From Clostridia bacterium (lineage in GTDB: Bacteria; Bacillota; Clostridia; Christensenellales; CAG-138): DNA of 64,000 nucleotides. Shown piece by piece: positions 52,930 through 62,126 of this stretch. Where the stretch lies: contig JAFYJD010000009.1 of NCBI GenBank assembly GCA_017538255.1, forward strand, positions 13,428-77,427, read 5' to 3'. The notes below the pieces were generated by a model. It worked only from the letters and a program-made list of their open reading frames with translations, had not been told where the DNA came from and did no database searches. The first letter of the stretch is position 1. Every line of letters begins with the position of its first letter. The position numbers were made by a program, and so were the translations under genes.

Positions 52930-53307
52930 ATGTTTCAGGGTAGAATGGCTGTTCTTTTAAACGCCGCAGAGACCGCTGTCGATAACGGAGCCAAGGCCGC
53001 ACAGCAGGATCCGTTCATCGTAATGCTTGTCGGTATGGCCGTCGTTTTCATCGGTCTTGTTATCATCATCGGCATAGTGAAACTCGTCAGCGTCATCTAT
53101 CGCTCGCTCTTCGTCGGAAGGGAAGAGGGGGAGATGCCAAAGGCGAATACCGGCTCGGCTCCCGCTGTGAATACAGGCCGTGCCACCGTTGAATTGACCG
53201 AAGCGCAGCGCGGCGAAACCGTTGTCGCGATCGCGGCGGCGGTTGCCGAAAGCCTCGGCAAACCCGTATCCGGCATAAGGATCAAATCAATAAAAAAGAT
53301 CGGCTGA
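52930..53307 (+). CDS. oadG: OadG-family small membrane subunit of Na+-translocating decarboxylase
   Basis: Single TM segment PFIVMLVGMAVVFIGLVIIIGIV followed by a soluble tail. It is the first gene of an operon with BCCP, beta and alpha subunits. Confidence 0.75.
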   Translation: MFQGRMAVLLNAAETAVDNGAKAAQQDPFIVMLVGMAVVFIGLVIIIGIVKLVSVIYRSLFVGREEGEMPKANTGSAPAVNTGRATVELTEAQRGETVVAIAAAVAESLGKPVSGIRIKSIKKIG

Positions 53308-53382
53308 ACTCCTTACAAACAGGGGCTTCGGCCGTTTTACGGTAAAAAAACAAACAGTTTTAATCAGCGAAAGGGGTTAAAT

Positions 53383-53754
53383 ATGCGCAAATACATCGTT
53401 AAAGTAAACGGCTCCGCCTACGAAGTCGAGATCGAAGAACTTTCCGCAGAGGAAACTATGAACTTCGAAACCAAGCCCGCCGCTCCGGCCGCGCCCGCAG
53501 CGCCCGCGCCAGCCGCACCCGCTCCCGCGGCACCCGCAGGCGGCAAGAACATCACCGCGCCGATGCCCGGCAGCATAATCTCCGTCAGCGTCAAGCCCGG
53601 CGATACGTTCCGCAGCGGACAGGTGCTCCTCGTGCTCGAAGCGATGAAGATGGAAAACGAGATCATGGCGCCCCACGACGGCAAAGTGCTCGCAGTCAAC
53701 GTATCCGCCGGCGCGTCCGTAAACTCCGGCGACGTTCTCATCTCCTACGAATAA
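53383..53754 (+). CDS. Biotin carboxyl carrier subunit (biotinyl domain)
   Basis: Ala/Pro-rich linker, then ITAPMPGSIISVSVKPGD...LLVLEAMKMENEIMAP (biotinyl-Lys motif EAMKM). Confidence 0.9.
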   Translation: MRKYIVKVNGSAYEVEIEELSAEETMNFETKPAAPAAPAAPAPAAPAPAAPAGGKNITAPMPGSIISVSVKPGDTFRSGQVLLVLEAMKMENEIMAPHDGKVLAVNVSAGASVNSGDVLISYE

Positions 53755-53785
53755 TACCGTTTGCGCGTAAAGCGCGGGAGTTGTT

Positions 53786-54973
53786 ATGGAAGCAATCATC
53801 AATGTATTTCGCGACTTTTTTGGCAGCAGCGGTTTTGCGGCTTTTTTCTCTGCCCCTGATGCGTGGAAATATGCCGTGATGTTGGCGATCGCTTGCTTCC
53901 TTATGTATCTTGCGATAGTCAAAAAGTTTGAGCCGCTGTTGCTCTTGCCGATCGCGTTCGGTATGCTTTTGACCAACCTTCCCGGCGCGGGTCTTTTCAA
54001 CGAAGCGATCTTCGCGGACGGCCACGTGCACTGGAGTATGCTTGCTTCCAACGGCGGCCTTATAGACTATCTCTATCTCGGCGTAAAACTTGGCATCTAT
54101 CCTTCGCTGATCTTCCTCGGTGTCGGCGCGATGACCGATTTCGGTCCCCTGATCGCAAACCCGAAGAGTCTGCTCCTCGGCGCGGCGGCACAGCTCGGCA
54201 TCTTTGCCGCTTTCATCGGCGCAAGGCTCATATTCAACTTCGATCAGGGCGTTGCGGCGTCAATCGGCATCATCGGCGGTGCGGACGGCCCGACGGCGAT
54301 CTTCGTTACAAGCCGCCTCGCGCCCGAAAAACTCGGCTCGATAGCGATCGCGGCATACTCGTATATGGCGCTCGTTCCGGTCATCCAGCCCCCGTTTATG
54401 AAACTGTTGACCACCAAAAAGGAACGCTCGATCGTTATGACGCAGCTCCGTCCCGTATCCAAGACCGAGCGCATCGTGTTCCCGATAATCGTTACGATAG
54501 CCGTGGCGCTGCTCGTGCCTTCGGCGGCGGCGCTCGTCGGTATGCTGATGCTCGGCAACCTCATCAAGGAATGCGGCGTAACGGATAGGCTGTCCAAAAC
54601 GGCGCAGAACGAACTCTGCAATATCGTTACGATCTTCCTCGGCGTCAGCGTCGGTGCAACGGCGACCGCGACCTCGTTCCTGCAATGGGAAACGCTCGGC
54701 ATCCTCGTTATGGGTATCTGCGCGTTCATCGCGGGCACAATCGGCGGCCTGCTGCTTGCCAAACTGATGAATCTCATCTCCGGCGGCAAGATCAATCCCC
54801 TCATCGGATCTGCGGGCGTATCCGCCGTGCCGATGGCGGCGCGTGTTTCCCAGGTGGTCGGACAAAAAGAAAACCCGGGCAACTTCCTTCTGATGCACGC
54901 GATGGGTCCCAATGTTGCGGGCGTTATCGGCTCCGCAATCGCGGCGGGCGTATTCCTCGCTATGTTCGGTTGA
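53786..54973 (+). CDS. oadB: Sodium ion-translocating decarboxylase subunit beta
   Basis: Polytopic protein with ...[19 protein letters not shown]...GADGPTAIF...[13 protein letters not shown]... typical of the OadB/GcdB/MmdB family. Confidence 0.93.
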   Translation: MEAIINVFRDFFGSSGFAAFFSAPDAWKYAVMLAIACFLMYLAIVKKFEPLLLLPIAFGMLLTNLPGAGLFNEAIFADGHVHWSMLASNGGLIDYLYLGVKLGIYPSLIFLGVGAMTDFGPLIANPKSLLLGAAAQLGIFAAFIGARLIFNFDQGVAASIGIIGGADGPTAIFVTSRLAPEKLGSIAIAAYSYMALVPVIQPPFMKLLTTKKERSIVMTQLRPVSKTERIVFPIIVTIAVALLVPSAAALVGMLMLGNLIKECGVTDRLSKTAQNELCNIVTIFLGVSVGATATATSFLQWETLGILVMGICAFIAGTIGGLLLAKLMNLISGGKINPLIGSAGVSAVPMAARVSQVVGQKENPGNFLLMHAMGPNVAGVIGSAIAAGVFLAMFG

Positions 54974-55024
54974 TAATACGGCAAGCGCCGTTTCTTCATA
55001 AAGTTTACAGAAAGGACGAATACT

Positions 55025-56476
55025 ATGGGCAAACTCTTTATTACCGATACCATCCTGCGCGACGCGCACCAGTCCCAGGCGGCAACAAGGATGAAGACCG
55101 AGGAGATGCTCCCCGCGTGCGAGATCCTCGACAGTATGGGCTACTGGTCGCTCGAATGCTGGGGCGGTGCGACCTTCGACAGCTGCCTTCGCTTCCTTAA
55201 CGAGGACCCGTGGGAGAGGCTGCGCACCCTCAAAAAGGCGCTCCCAAAGACCCGCCTGCAAATGCTTTTCAGGGGTCAAAACATCCTCGGCTACAAGCAC
55301 TATGCGGACGATGTTGTTGAACAGTTCTGCCGCAAGGCGATCGAAAACGGCATCGAAGTCATCCGCATCTTCGACGCGCTCAACGATGTGCGAAACCTCG
55401 AATCCGCGATCAAGTTCACAAAAAAATACGGCGGTCATTGCGAGCCGGCGATCAGTTATACGATCAGCCCCGTACATAACGACGATTACTTCGTCAAACT
55501 CGCAAAGGAACTCGAACAGATGGGCGCGGACTCCATCTGCATCAAGGATATGGCAAACCTGCTTCTGCCGATGCCCGCGTTCAACCTCGTTTCAAGGCTC
55601 AAAAAAGAGATCGCCGTTCCGATCCATCTGCATACCCACAACACCACGGGCACGGGCGATATGACCCTGCTTATGGCGGCGATGGCGGGCGTTGATATAG
55701 TCGATACCGCACTCTCGCCCCTCGGCAACGGCACTTCGCAGCCCGCGACCGAAAGCCTTGTTGCAACGCTTCAGGGCACCAAGTTCGATACCGGGCTCGA
55801 CCTTGCCAAACTCAGCGAGGCGGCAAAGCATTTCCGCAAGGTCGCCGCAAGGCTCAAGGAGGACGGCTTCCTCGACCCCAAGGTGCTCTCCGTGGATACC
55901 AATACCCTTATGTATCAGGTGCCCGGCGGTATGCTTTCCAACCTCATCTCGCAGCTCAAACAGGCCAACGCCGAGGATAAGTACTACGAGGTGCTCGCGG
56001 AGGTGCCGCGCGTGCGCGAGGATTTCGGCTATCCGCCCCTTGTCACGCCCACCAGCCAGATCGTCGGAAGCCAGGCGGTTTTGAACGTGCTCTCGGGTGA
56101 AAGGTACAAGATGTTCACCAAGGAGTCCAAGGCGGTGCTGCGCGGCGAATACGGCAGCCTGCCCGGAAAGGTGAACGAAGAAGTACGCAAAAAGGCGATA
56201 GGCGACGACGAGGTCATCACCTGCCGTCCCGCGGATCTGCTCAAGCCCGAACTTGAACAACTCCGCACGGAGATCGGCTCGCTTGCCGAGTGCGACGAGG
56301 ACGTTCTCTCCTACGCGCTCTTCCCGCAGGTCGCCAAAAAGTTCCTTGAGGAACGCGCAAAGGCAAACGGCGGCATAAAGGCCGCGCCCTACGACGCGGA
56401 CAAGGCGCATAACCCCGATTTCGATAAGGCTATCGAACTCATAGTCGACGATCTTACCAAGGGTATGACCCTTTGA
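55025..56476 (+). CDS. oadA: Oxaloacetate decarboxylase alpha subunit, carboxyltransferase part (no biotinyl domain)
   Basis: ITDTILRDAHQSQAATRM..., HLHTHNTTG, and a PYC_OADA-type C-terminal region. It ends at 483 aa without an EAMKM domain. Confidence 0.93.
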   Translation: MGKLFITDTILRDAHQSQAATRMKTEEMLPACEILDSMGYWSLECWGGATFDSCLRFLNEDPWERLRTLKKALPKTRLQMLFRGQNILGYKHYADDVVEQFCRKAIENGIEVIRIFDALNDVRNLESAIKFTKKYGGHCEPAISYTISPVHNDDYFVKLAKELEQMGADSICIKDMANLLLPMPAFNLVSRLKKEIAVPIHLHTHNTTGTGDMTLLMAAMAGVDIVDTALSPLGNGTSQPATESLVATLQGTKFDTGLDLAKLSEAAKHFRKVAARLKEDGFLDPKVLSVDTNTLMYQVPGGMLSNLISQLKQANAEDKYYEVLAEVPRVREDFGYPPLVTPTSQIVGSQAVLNVLSGERYKMFTKESKAVLRGEYGSLPGKVNEEVRKKAIGDDEVITCRPADLLKPELEQLRTEIGSLAECDEDVLSYALFPQVAKKFLEERAKANGGIKAAPYDADKAHNPDFDKAIELIVDDLTKGMTL

Positions 56477-56493
56477 TCGCTGATAAGCATAAT

Positions 56494-56528
56494 AATACCG
56501 CGGCCGTTTGACCGCGGTATTTGTTTTT
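56494..56528 (+). terminator. Terminator after the decarboxylase operon
   Basis: aataccgcgg-loop-ccgcggtatt followed by TGTTTTT. Confidence 0.8.
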
Positions 56529-56628
56529 ATAGGTCATAATCAGAAAGTACTTAAGTCATTATAATTCACATCATCATTCGCTGTTTCTGGCGCGAATTTG
56601 AAATACTTGTATTTGAATTCATGCCACT

Positions 56629-57738
56629 TCACCATACCCCTGTAGGAATTATAGTGGCTATCTCTGTCCTATTGCCGTTTGCAGCGTATTCGTATTCGTA
56701 TTCGTACCAATAGTTTATGCTGCCGTCGGAGTAATATAAAATATCCTTTGTCATATTGCCTTTTGCATCGTATTCGTATTCGTGCCAATAGTTTATGCTG
56801 TTTGTTTTGTATGTATATTCGATTTCCTTTGTCATATTGCCTTTCTCGTCGTATTCGTATAAATGATTGATATTGCCGTTGTATGCATATTGGGTTTCCT
56901 TTGTCAAATTGCCGTATGCATCGTATTCGTATTCGTACCAAGAATCGATGCTGCTGGCGTTGTGATATCTGGCTCTCTTTGTCATATTGCCTTTTTTATC
57001 GTATTCGTATTTGTATTCGTACCCACCGCATTTGCTGCCGTCGGAGTCATATAGGGTCTCCTTGGTCAGGTTGCCGTTTTCATCGTATTCGTATTCTTCC
57101 CACCGGTCTATGCTGCCGTTGGAGTTATAACAGGTCTCCTTGGTCAGGTTGCCGTCTGCGTCGTATTTGTATTCTCTCCACTTGTCTATGCTGCCGTCGG
57201 AGTTATAATAGGTAGACTTGGTCTTGTTGCCTGTTTCGTCGTATTCGTGTTCGTACCAAGAATAGATACTGCCGTCGTAATAATAATTAATATATTTTGT
57301 TATGCGGCCTTTTTCATCGTATTCGTATAAATAATCGATGTTGCCGTAGTATTCATATTGGGTTTCCTTTGTCAAATTGCCTGTTTCGTCGTATTCGTAC
57401 TCATGGTTGCCGTGGTCGCCGTCATTTGTTGTCATCTTTGTCAGATTGCCCTGTGCATCGTATTCGCATTCGCATTTGAGCCGATATTTGTTGCGGCCGT
57501 TGGAGTCATAATAGGTTTTATTTGTCATATTGCCGTTTACATCATATTCGTATTCAATCGTCTCGCGTATGCTGCCGTCTGCTCTATATTCCGTTGCTTT
57601 TGTCATCAGCCAAGCGCCGCGTTCCTCTTTTTCTTTTGAGCCGAACAGTTGACACGCAGCCGCGGCAAAAAGCAGGGCGCAGGCAAGCAGGCCGATAATA
57701 ACGCTGATGAGCGTTCGTTTCAAATGGGTCTTGTTCAT
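56629..57738 (-). CDS. YD-repeat (RHS-repeat-like) lipoprotein
   Basis: Signal/lipobox LLFAAAACQ, then about 13 copies of a unit like Y-E-Y-D-x-x-G-N-x-T-K-x-x-x-Y-x-x-x-G-S-I-x-x-W. AGGGAG RBS. The gene is visibly AT-rich. Confidence 0.8.
   Translation of the reverse strand: MNKTHLKRTLISVIIGLLACALLFAAAACQLFGSKEKEERGAWLMTKATEYRADGSIRETIEYEYDVNGNMTNKTYYDSNGRNKYRLKCECEYDAQGNLTKMTTNDGDHGNHEYEYDETGNLTKETQYEYYGNIDYLYEYDEKGRITKYINYYYDGSIYSWYEHEYDETGNKTKSTYYNSDGSIDKWREYKYDADGNLTKETCYNSNGSIDRWEEYEYDENGNLTKETLYDSDGSKCGGYEYKYEYDKKGNMTKRARYHNASSIDSWYEYEYDAYGNLTKETQYAYNGNINHLYEYDEKGNMTKEIEYTYKTNSINYWHEYEYDAKGNMTKDILYYSDGSINYWYEYEYEYAANGNRTEIATIIPTGVW
56673..57573 (-). repeat. Array of diverged ~66-72-bp coding repeats (YD repeats)
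   Basis: The motif tcgtattcgtattcgta/tcgtattcgtat recurs on the plus strand throughout (antisense of GAATACGAATACGA = E-Y-E-Y). Confidence 0.85.
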
Positions 57739-57763
57739 ATAAATCTCCCTAAAATATTATAGT

Positions 57764-57812
57764 TGAGCGCGATGCTCACATTGATTATAGATATAATTTA
57801 TCTAAAAGTCAA
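57764..57812 (-). promoter_or_regulatory. Promoter of the YD-repeat gene with downstream inverted repeat
   Basis: Minus strand: TTGACT (57812-57807), 17 bp, TATAAT (57789-57784). The IR TGAGC-gcgat-GCTCA (57764-57778) lies between the -10 and the RBS. Confidence 0.5.
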
Positions 57813-57882
57813 TAGCCGTATCCTTTCTATGCTATATTTATAGTGAAATTAGCCTATTATCGTTTTTAGGGGGGGTGATCCG

Positions 57883-58104
57883 ATGAAGAGCAGAATAAAG
57901 GATCTTCGAGAGGACGCCGACCTTACCCAAACCGAGATCGCGGAGCGCATTGGCATCACTCAGCGAAAATACAGTTATCTCGAAACTGAAACGCAGCCGC
58001 TGACGGACGAATTGCTCGTTAAACTTGCCGATTATTACAATGTCAGCATCGACTATATCCTGCTGCGCACAGACGAGCCCGCGGTAAACGGCGGATCGGA
58101 ATGA
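57883..58104 (+). CDS. XRE-family helix-turn-helix regulator (73 aa)
   Basis: MKSRIKDLREDADLTQTEIAERIGITQRKYSYLETETQPLTDELLVKLADYYNVSIDYILLRTDEP is a paralog-like match to the XRE gene at 22956-23165. Confidence 0.85.
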   Translation: MKSRIKDLREDADLTQTEIAERIGITQRKYSYLETETQPLTDELLVKLADYYNVSIDYILLRTDEPAVNGGSE

Positions 58105-58204
58105 GACCGAAGGGCGTATCCTTGTTGGGAGGCGCCAAAGAGGTCTTTTTTTATTTTGCGAGCTTCGCCGCTTTTCGCCGTTTTACTCGATTTTGACCTT
58201 TCAT

Positions 58205-58233
58205 TTGAAATGCGCCGATTTATCTGTTATAAT
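58205..58233 (+). promoter_or_regulatory. Sigma-A-type promoter of surE
   Basis: TTGAAA (58205-58210), 17 bp, TATAAT (58228-58233) with TGt extended -10. Confidence 0.6.
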
Positions 58234-58270
58234 ATCATCGAACAAATATGGTGTGGGGATATGATCCTGT

Positions 58271-59047
58271 ATGAAACTATTGATCACAAACGACGACGGC
58301 TATTTTGCGCCCGGTATCGCTGCGCTTGCGAGGGCGCTTGCAAAGGACAACGAACTCTATATCGTTGCGCCCAAGTTCAACCAAAGCTGCGTCAGCCACG
58401 GACTGACGCTCAAAAAGCCCCTGACCGTGGAGCCGATCTCGATAGACGGCGTTTGCGCGCGGCTCGCGCTTTGCGTTGACGGCACGCCCGCGGACTGCAC
58501 GCGCTTTGCGCTACAGCATTTGATGCTCAAGCCGGACGCGGTGATATCGGGCATCAATCAGGCGGGCAATATCGGCACCGACGTGCTGTATTCGGGCACG
58601 GTAAGCGCGGCGGCGGAGGCGGCGATGCTCGGCGTTCGTTCGATCGCGGTATCGCGCGATACGCTTGCCGTGGATTATTTTGACGACGCGGCGGCGCATT
58701 TTGCCGAAAATCTCGATCTGTTCTATTCCTGCACGAACGATAACAAGCGGCTTTTGAACGTGAACTATCCGTTCATCCCGGCAAAAGAATACCGCGGAGT
58801 TCGCGCCGCGTATCTTGCGGAGCAGGTCTATGCCGACGGCTACTCGCGCGTGGAACTCGATAGCGGCGGCGAGGGCTTTATCACGCCGAGCGAAAAACTG
58901 ACCGAATGCCCCGAAAACGATACCTCGGACGAAAAGTACATCCGCGACGGATTCATAACCGTCACGCCGCTGAAATACGATATAACGGACTACGAACACT
59001 TGGCAAGGATCGCAAGCCTTGTCGAAAAGAACTATAATAATGGATAA
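58271..59047 (+). CDS. surE: 5'/3'-nucleotidase SurE
   Basis: MKLLITNDDGYFAPGIAALARAL...GINQAGNIGTDVLYSGTVSAAAEA. Confidence 0.92.
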   Translation: MKLLITNDDGYFAPGIAALARALAKDNELYIVAPKFNQSCVSHGLTLKKPLTVEPISIDGVCARLALCVDGTPADCTRFALQHLMLKPDAVISGINQAGNIGTDVLYSGTVSAAAEAAMLGVRSIAVSRDTLAVDYFDDAAAHFAENLDLFYSCTNDNKRLLNVNYPFIPAKEYRGVRAAYLAEQVYADGYSRVELDSGGEGFITPSEKLTECPENDTSDEKYIRDGFITVTPLKYDITDYEHLARIASLVEKNYNNG

Positions 59048-60329
59048 AACTATGACAAGGGTGGCGGTACTTGGCGCGGGCGCGGCGGGCTTGATCGCGG
59101 GCGCGACGGCGGCAAAAAACGGCGCAAAGGTCGAGATAATCGACCGCAACGAGCGCGCGGGTCGCAAACTGTATCTGACGGGAAAGGGGCGCTGCAACAT
59201 AACAAACAGCGCCGACCGCGATACTTTTTTGAAGAATATCCCGCGTAACGGGCGCTTTTTATACAGCGCCTTTGACGCGTTCTTTTCAAACGATATCCTC
59301 GATATCCTGGAGTCGGAAGGCGTAAAGGTCAAACTCGAGCGCGGGGGACGGTATTTTCCAGAAAGCGACAAATCGAGCGACGTAATAAGGGCGCTCGTTA
59401 GTTATGCCGCAAAAAGCGGCGCAAGGCTGCTGCTTGGCACCTATGTTCAAAGCGTTGAAAAGCAGGGCGATAAGTTCGTTCTCACGATGGCGGGTATGCA
59501 CGGCGGAAGGCGCGAGTACGACAGGCTCATAATCGCAGCGGGCGGGCTCTCGTATTCGTCCACGGGCTCGACGGGCGACGGCTATGCTTTTGCGGAAAAA
59601 CTCGGGCACACCGTTGTGCCGCCAAAACCCTCGCTGATTCCGTTTGAGACCGAGCAGACCTGGGCGAGCGAACTTATGGGGCTTTCGCTCAAAAACGTTA
59701 CGCTTCGCGCGTATGCGCCCGAAAAAGCGAAGAATGTCGAAAAGGGCGCAAAAAAGCAAAAGCCCGTATATGAGGAACTCGGCGAGATGCTGTTTACGCA
59801 TTTCGGCGTGAGCGGGCCGCTCGTATTGAGCGCGTCAAGCTATCTTGCGGACGCGCCGGAGGGCGCAAGGCTCGAGATCGACCTTAAACCCGGCTTGAGT
59901 GAGGAACAACTCGACGCGAGGCTTTTGCGCGATTTTGAAAAATATCGCCATAAGCAGGTCAGAAACGCGATGGTGGAACTGCTCCCGTCGCGCCTGATCG
60001 AAACGGTTTTGGCGCTTTCGGCGGTCGACCCGACAAAAACGATAGACGAACTCACCCGCGAGGAGCGTCGCGCGATCGCAAATACGCTCAAATGCCTTAA
60101 ACTGACCGTCAAAAGGGCGCGCCCGATCGAAGAGGCGATAATCACGCGCGGCGGAGTTTCGATAAAGGAGATCGACCCGCGCACGATGGGATCAAAACTC
60201 GTCGACGGTCTGTATTTTGCCGGCGAAGTTATCGATGCGGACGCCTGCACGGGAGGCTTCAACCTGCAGATAGCCTGGTCAACGGGCGCGGCGGCGGGGG
60301 AGGCCGCGGTGGGCGGAAGCGGGTATTGA
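59040..60329 (+). CDS. NAD(P)/FAD-dependent oxidoreductase, HI0933/YhiN/BaiN family
   Basis: VAVLGAGAAGLIAGATAAKNG (GxGxxG), ...GKGRCNITN..., ...GGRYFP..., C-terminal ..GGFNLQIAWSTG. The start is ambiguous (59040 or 59052). Confidence 0.85.
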   Translation: MDKTMTRVAVLGAGAAGLIAGATAAKNGAKVEIIDRNERAGRKLYLTGKGRCNITNSADRDTFLKNIPRNGRFLYSAFDAFFSNDILDILESEGVKVKLERGGRYFPESDKSSDVIRALVSYAAKSGARLLLGTYVQSVEKQGDKFVLTMAGMHGGRREYDRLIIAAGGLSYSSTGSTGDGYAFAEKLGHTVVPPKPSLIPFETEQTWASELMGLSLKNVTLRAYAPEKAKNVEKGAKKQKPVYEELGEMLFTHFGVSGPLVLSASSYLADAPEGARLEIDLKPGLSEEQLDARLLRDFEKYRHKQVRNAMVELLPSRLIETVLALSAVDPTKTIDELTREERRAIANTLKCLKLTVKRARPIEEAIITRGGVSIKEIDPRTMGSKLVDGLYFAGEVIDADACTGGFNLQIAWSTGAAAGEAAVGGSGY

Positions 60330-60380
60330 TGCCTATAAATAATAAAACGAATAAAACACCTTTATCAAGGGGGATATAAA

Positions 60381-61100
60381 ATGAAACAGACAGACAAAAC
60401 CACCTGCACCGATAACGGGATCATCACCGTTGCGATCGACGGCCCCGCAAGTTCGGGCAAGAGCACCGTCGCAAAGCGTGTATCCGCGCTGTTGAACATC
60501 ATCCACGTCGATACCGGCGCGATGTACCGCGCAATGGGCTTAAAGGCCGTGCGCTGCGGCATCGACCCCGCCGACGAGGCGGCGGTCGTTCCGATGCTGG
60601 ATACCACCGATGTTTCCATCGGCTTTGTTGACGGCGCGCAGCATATCTTTCTCGACGGTGAGGATGTGAACGCGCTCATCCGCACGGAGGAGGTATCGCA
60701 GGCGGCGTCCAAGATCAGCGCGCTCCCGCCCGTGCGCGATAAACTGCTCGATCTTCAGCGCGATCTCGCAAAAAAGCAAAGCCTTATTATGGACGGAAGG
60801 GATATCTGCACCGTAGTGCTTCCCGACGCCAAGTATAAGTTCTATATCTCCGCTTCCGCCGAAGTGCGTGCGGAGAGGCGTTTTCTCGAGTACAGCGATA
60901 AGGGCACGCTCGGCGATCTCACTATTGAGGATATCCTGCAGGAGATCAAGCAGCGCGATTACCGCGATATGAACCGCGAAGTCGCGCCACTGCGCCCCGC
61001 CGAGGATGCGGTGTTCATCGATACGAGTTATATGACGGTCGATGAAGTCGTAAGCGCCGTGCTTGCGGAACTCGGAATGGCTTCGCTTCTGCATATTTAA
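60381..61100 (+). CDS. cmk: Cytidylate kinase
   Basis: ITVAIDGPASSGKSTVAKRVSALLNIIHVDTGAMYRA. Confidence 0.93.
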   Translation: MKQTDKTTCTDNGIITVAIDGPASSGKSTVAKRVSALLNIIHVDTGAMYRAMGLKAVRCGIDPADEAAVVPMLDTTDVSIGFVDGAQHIFLDGEDVNALIRTEEVSQAASKISALPPVRDKLLDLQRDLAKKQSLIMDGRDICTVVLPDAKYKFYISASAEVRAERRFLEYSDKGTLGDLTIEDILQEIKQRDYRDMNREVAPLRPAEDAVFIDTSYMTVDEVVSAVLAELGMASLLHI

Positions 61101-61113
61101 AAGGAAAAGAAAA

Positions 61114-61758
61114 ATGCTCTTTGTACTCGCGGTGATCCTTTTTAAGTGGATACTGTTTTTGATCCACAGGCCGAAGATACTCGGCAAAAAAGAAAACCTC
61201 AAACTCAAAGGCGGCGTTATCTTTATCGCAAACCATCAAAACTACCTTGACCCCGTGATGCTGGTCGTCGCGATACCGCGTATGATCCACTTTATGGCAA
61301 AGAAGGAACTCTTTGAAGGGCGCGTAAAGAACGCTGTATTCCGTTCGCTGCTCGTTTTCCCCGTAAACCGCAAGACGGCGGATATAAAGGCGCTTAAACA
61401 GGCGCTCGCCCTGCTCGAAGAGGGCAAGGCGTTCGGCATCTTTCCCGAGGGCAGACGCTGCGTAACGGGCGAGATCGACGATTTTGAGAAGGGCACCGCG
61501 TTCATCGCCGCCAAATGCACCGCGCCGATAGTTCCTATCTACATCAGCCCGTCGTCCTACAAGGGCATCAGGCGGCTCGTTATGAACGTCGGTGAAACTA
61601 TCACCGCGGACGAGGTGAAACAGCGCCTTTTGGGGCGCAAACTCGTCGATGCGCTGACGGAGCGTATGCAGACGGATATGGAAAAACTGTGCGAAGAAAC
61701 GGAAGCAATGCTTCAACAAAAGAAAACGCGAAAGGAAAAAAGGACCGGGTATGCGTGA
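61114..61758 (+). CDS. plsC: 1-acyl-sn-glycerol-3-phosphate acyltransferase
   Basis: ANHQNYLDP (HX4D motif) and IFPEGRR. ATG at 61114 follows AAAGGAAAAG. Confidence 0.88.
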   Translation: MLFVLAVILFKWILFLIHRPKILGKKENLKLKGGVIFIANHQNYLDPVMLVVAIPRMIHFMAKKELFEGRVKNAVFRSLLVFPVNRKTADIKALKQALALLEEGKAFGIFPEGRRCVTGEIDDFEKGTAFIAAKCTAPIVPIYISPSSYKGIRRLVMNVGETITADEVKQRLLGRKLVDALTERMQTDMEKLCEETEAMLQQKKTRKEKRTGYA

Positions 61759-62107
61759 ATGGCAGTCAAAACTCGTTGAACGTGGCGTGTGCGATGAGCG
61801 CGGCGTCGCGTTTTCGGCACTAGCAAAGACCCTGCCGAACGGTGAGAGCGAATTGGTGTTTCTTGCTCTCAACGGAAGCGAACTTCACATATACGAATGC
61901 GATTTGAACACAAGCGCAGGCAGACAACTGTACGCTGTCGACCTTAAGCGTGTGAGGGATCTCAAAGTCGGCAATACGTTTATGCAGAGCCGGTTGAGTT
62001 TTACTTTTGACGGGAACCTCTTCGCTTTCAGGGGCATCGTTGCGGGGCTCATCGTCAAAGAGGGCAAAGCCGCGCTCGCCGAGATCAAAAAAGAGTGCGT
62101 GAGATGA
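61751..62107 (+). CDS. Hypothetical protein (118 aa)
   Basis: The ATG overlaps the plsC stop. The codon usage is consistent with neighbouring genes. No motif recognised. Confidence 0.55.
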   Translation: MREWQSKLVERGVCDERGVAFSALAKTLPNGESELVFLALNGSELHIYECDLNTSAGRQLYAVDLKRVRDLKVGNTFMQSRLSFTFDGNLFAFRGIVAGLIVKEGKAALAEIKKECVR

Positions 62108-62126
62108 CCTTCGCAGGGGAGCAAAG

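Noticed and set aside
51629-53002. 457-aa minus-strand ORF
   Set aside because: It is antisense to the foldase-like lipoprotein gene and runs through the operon promoter region. It has no RBS.
54244-56410. Minus-strand ORFs of 269, 405 and 272 aa
   Set aside because: They are antisense to oadB and oadA, which are clearly real.
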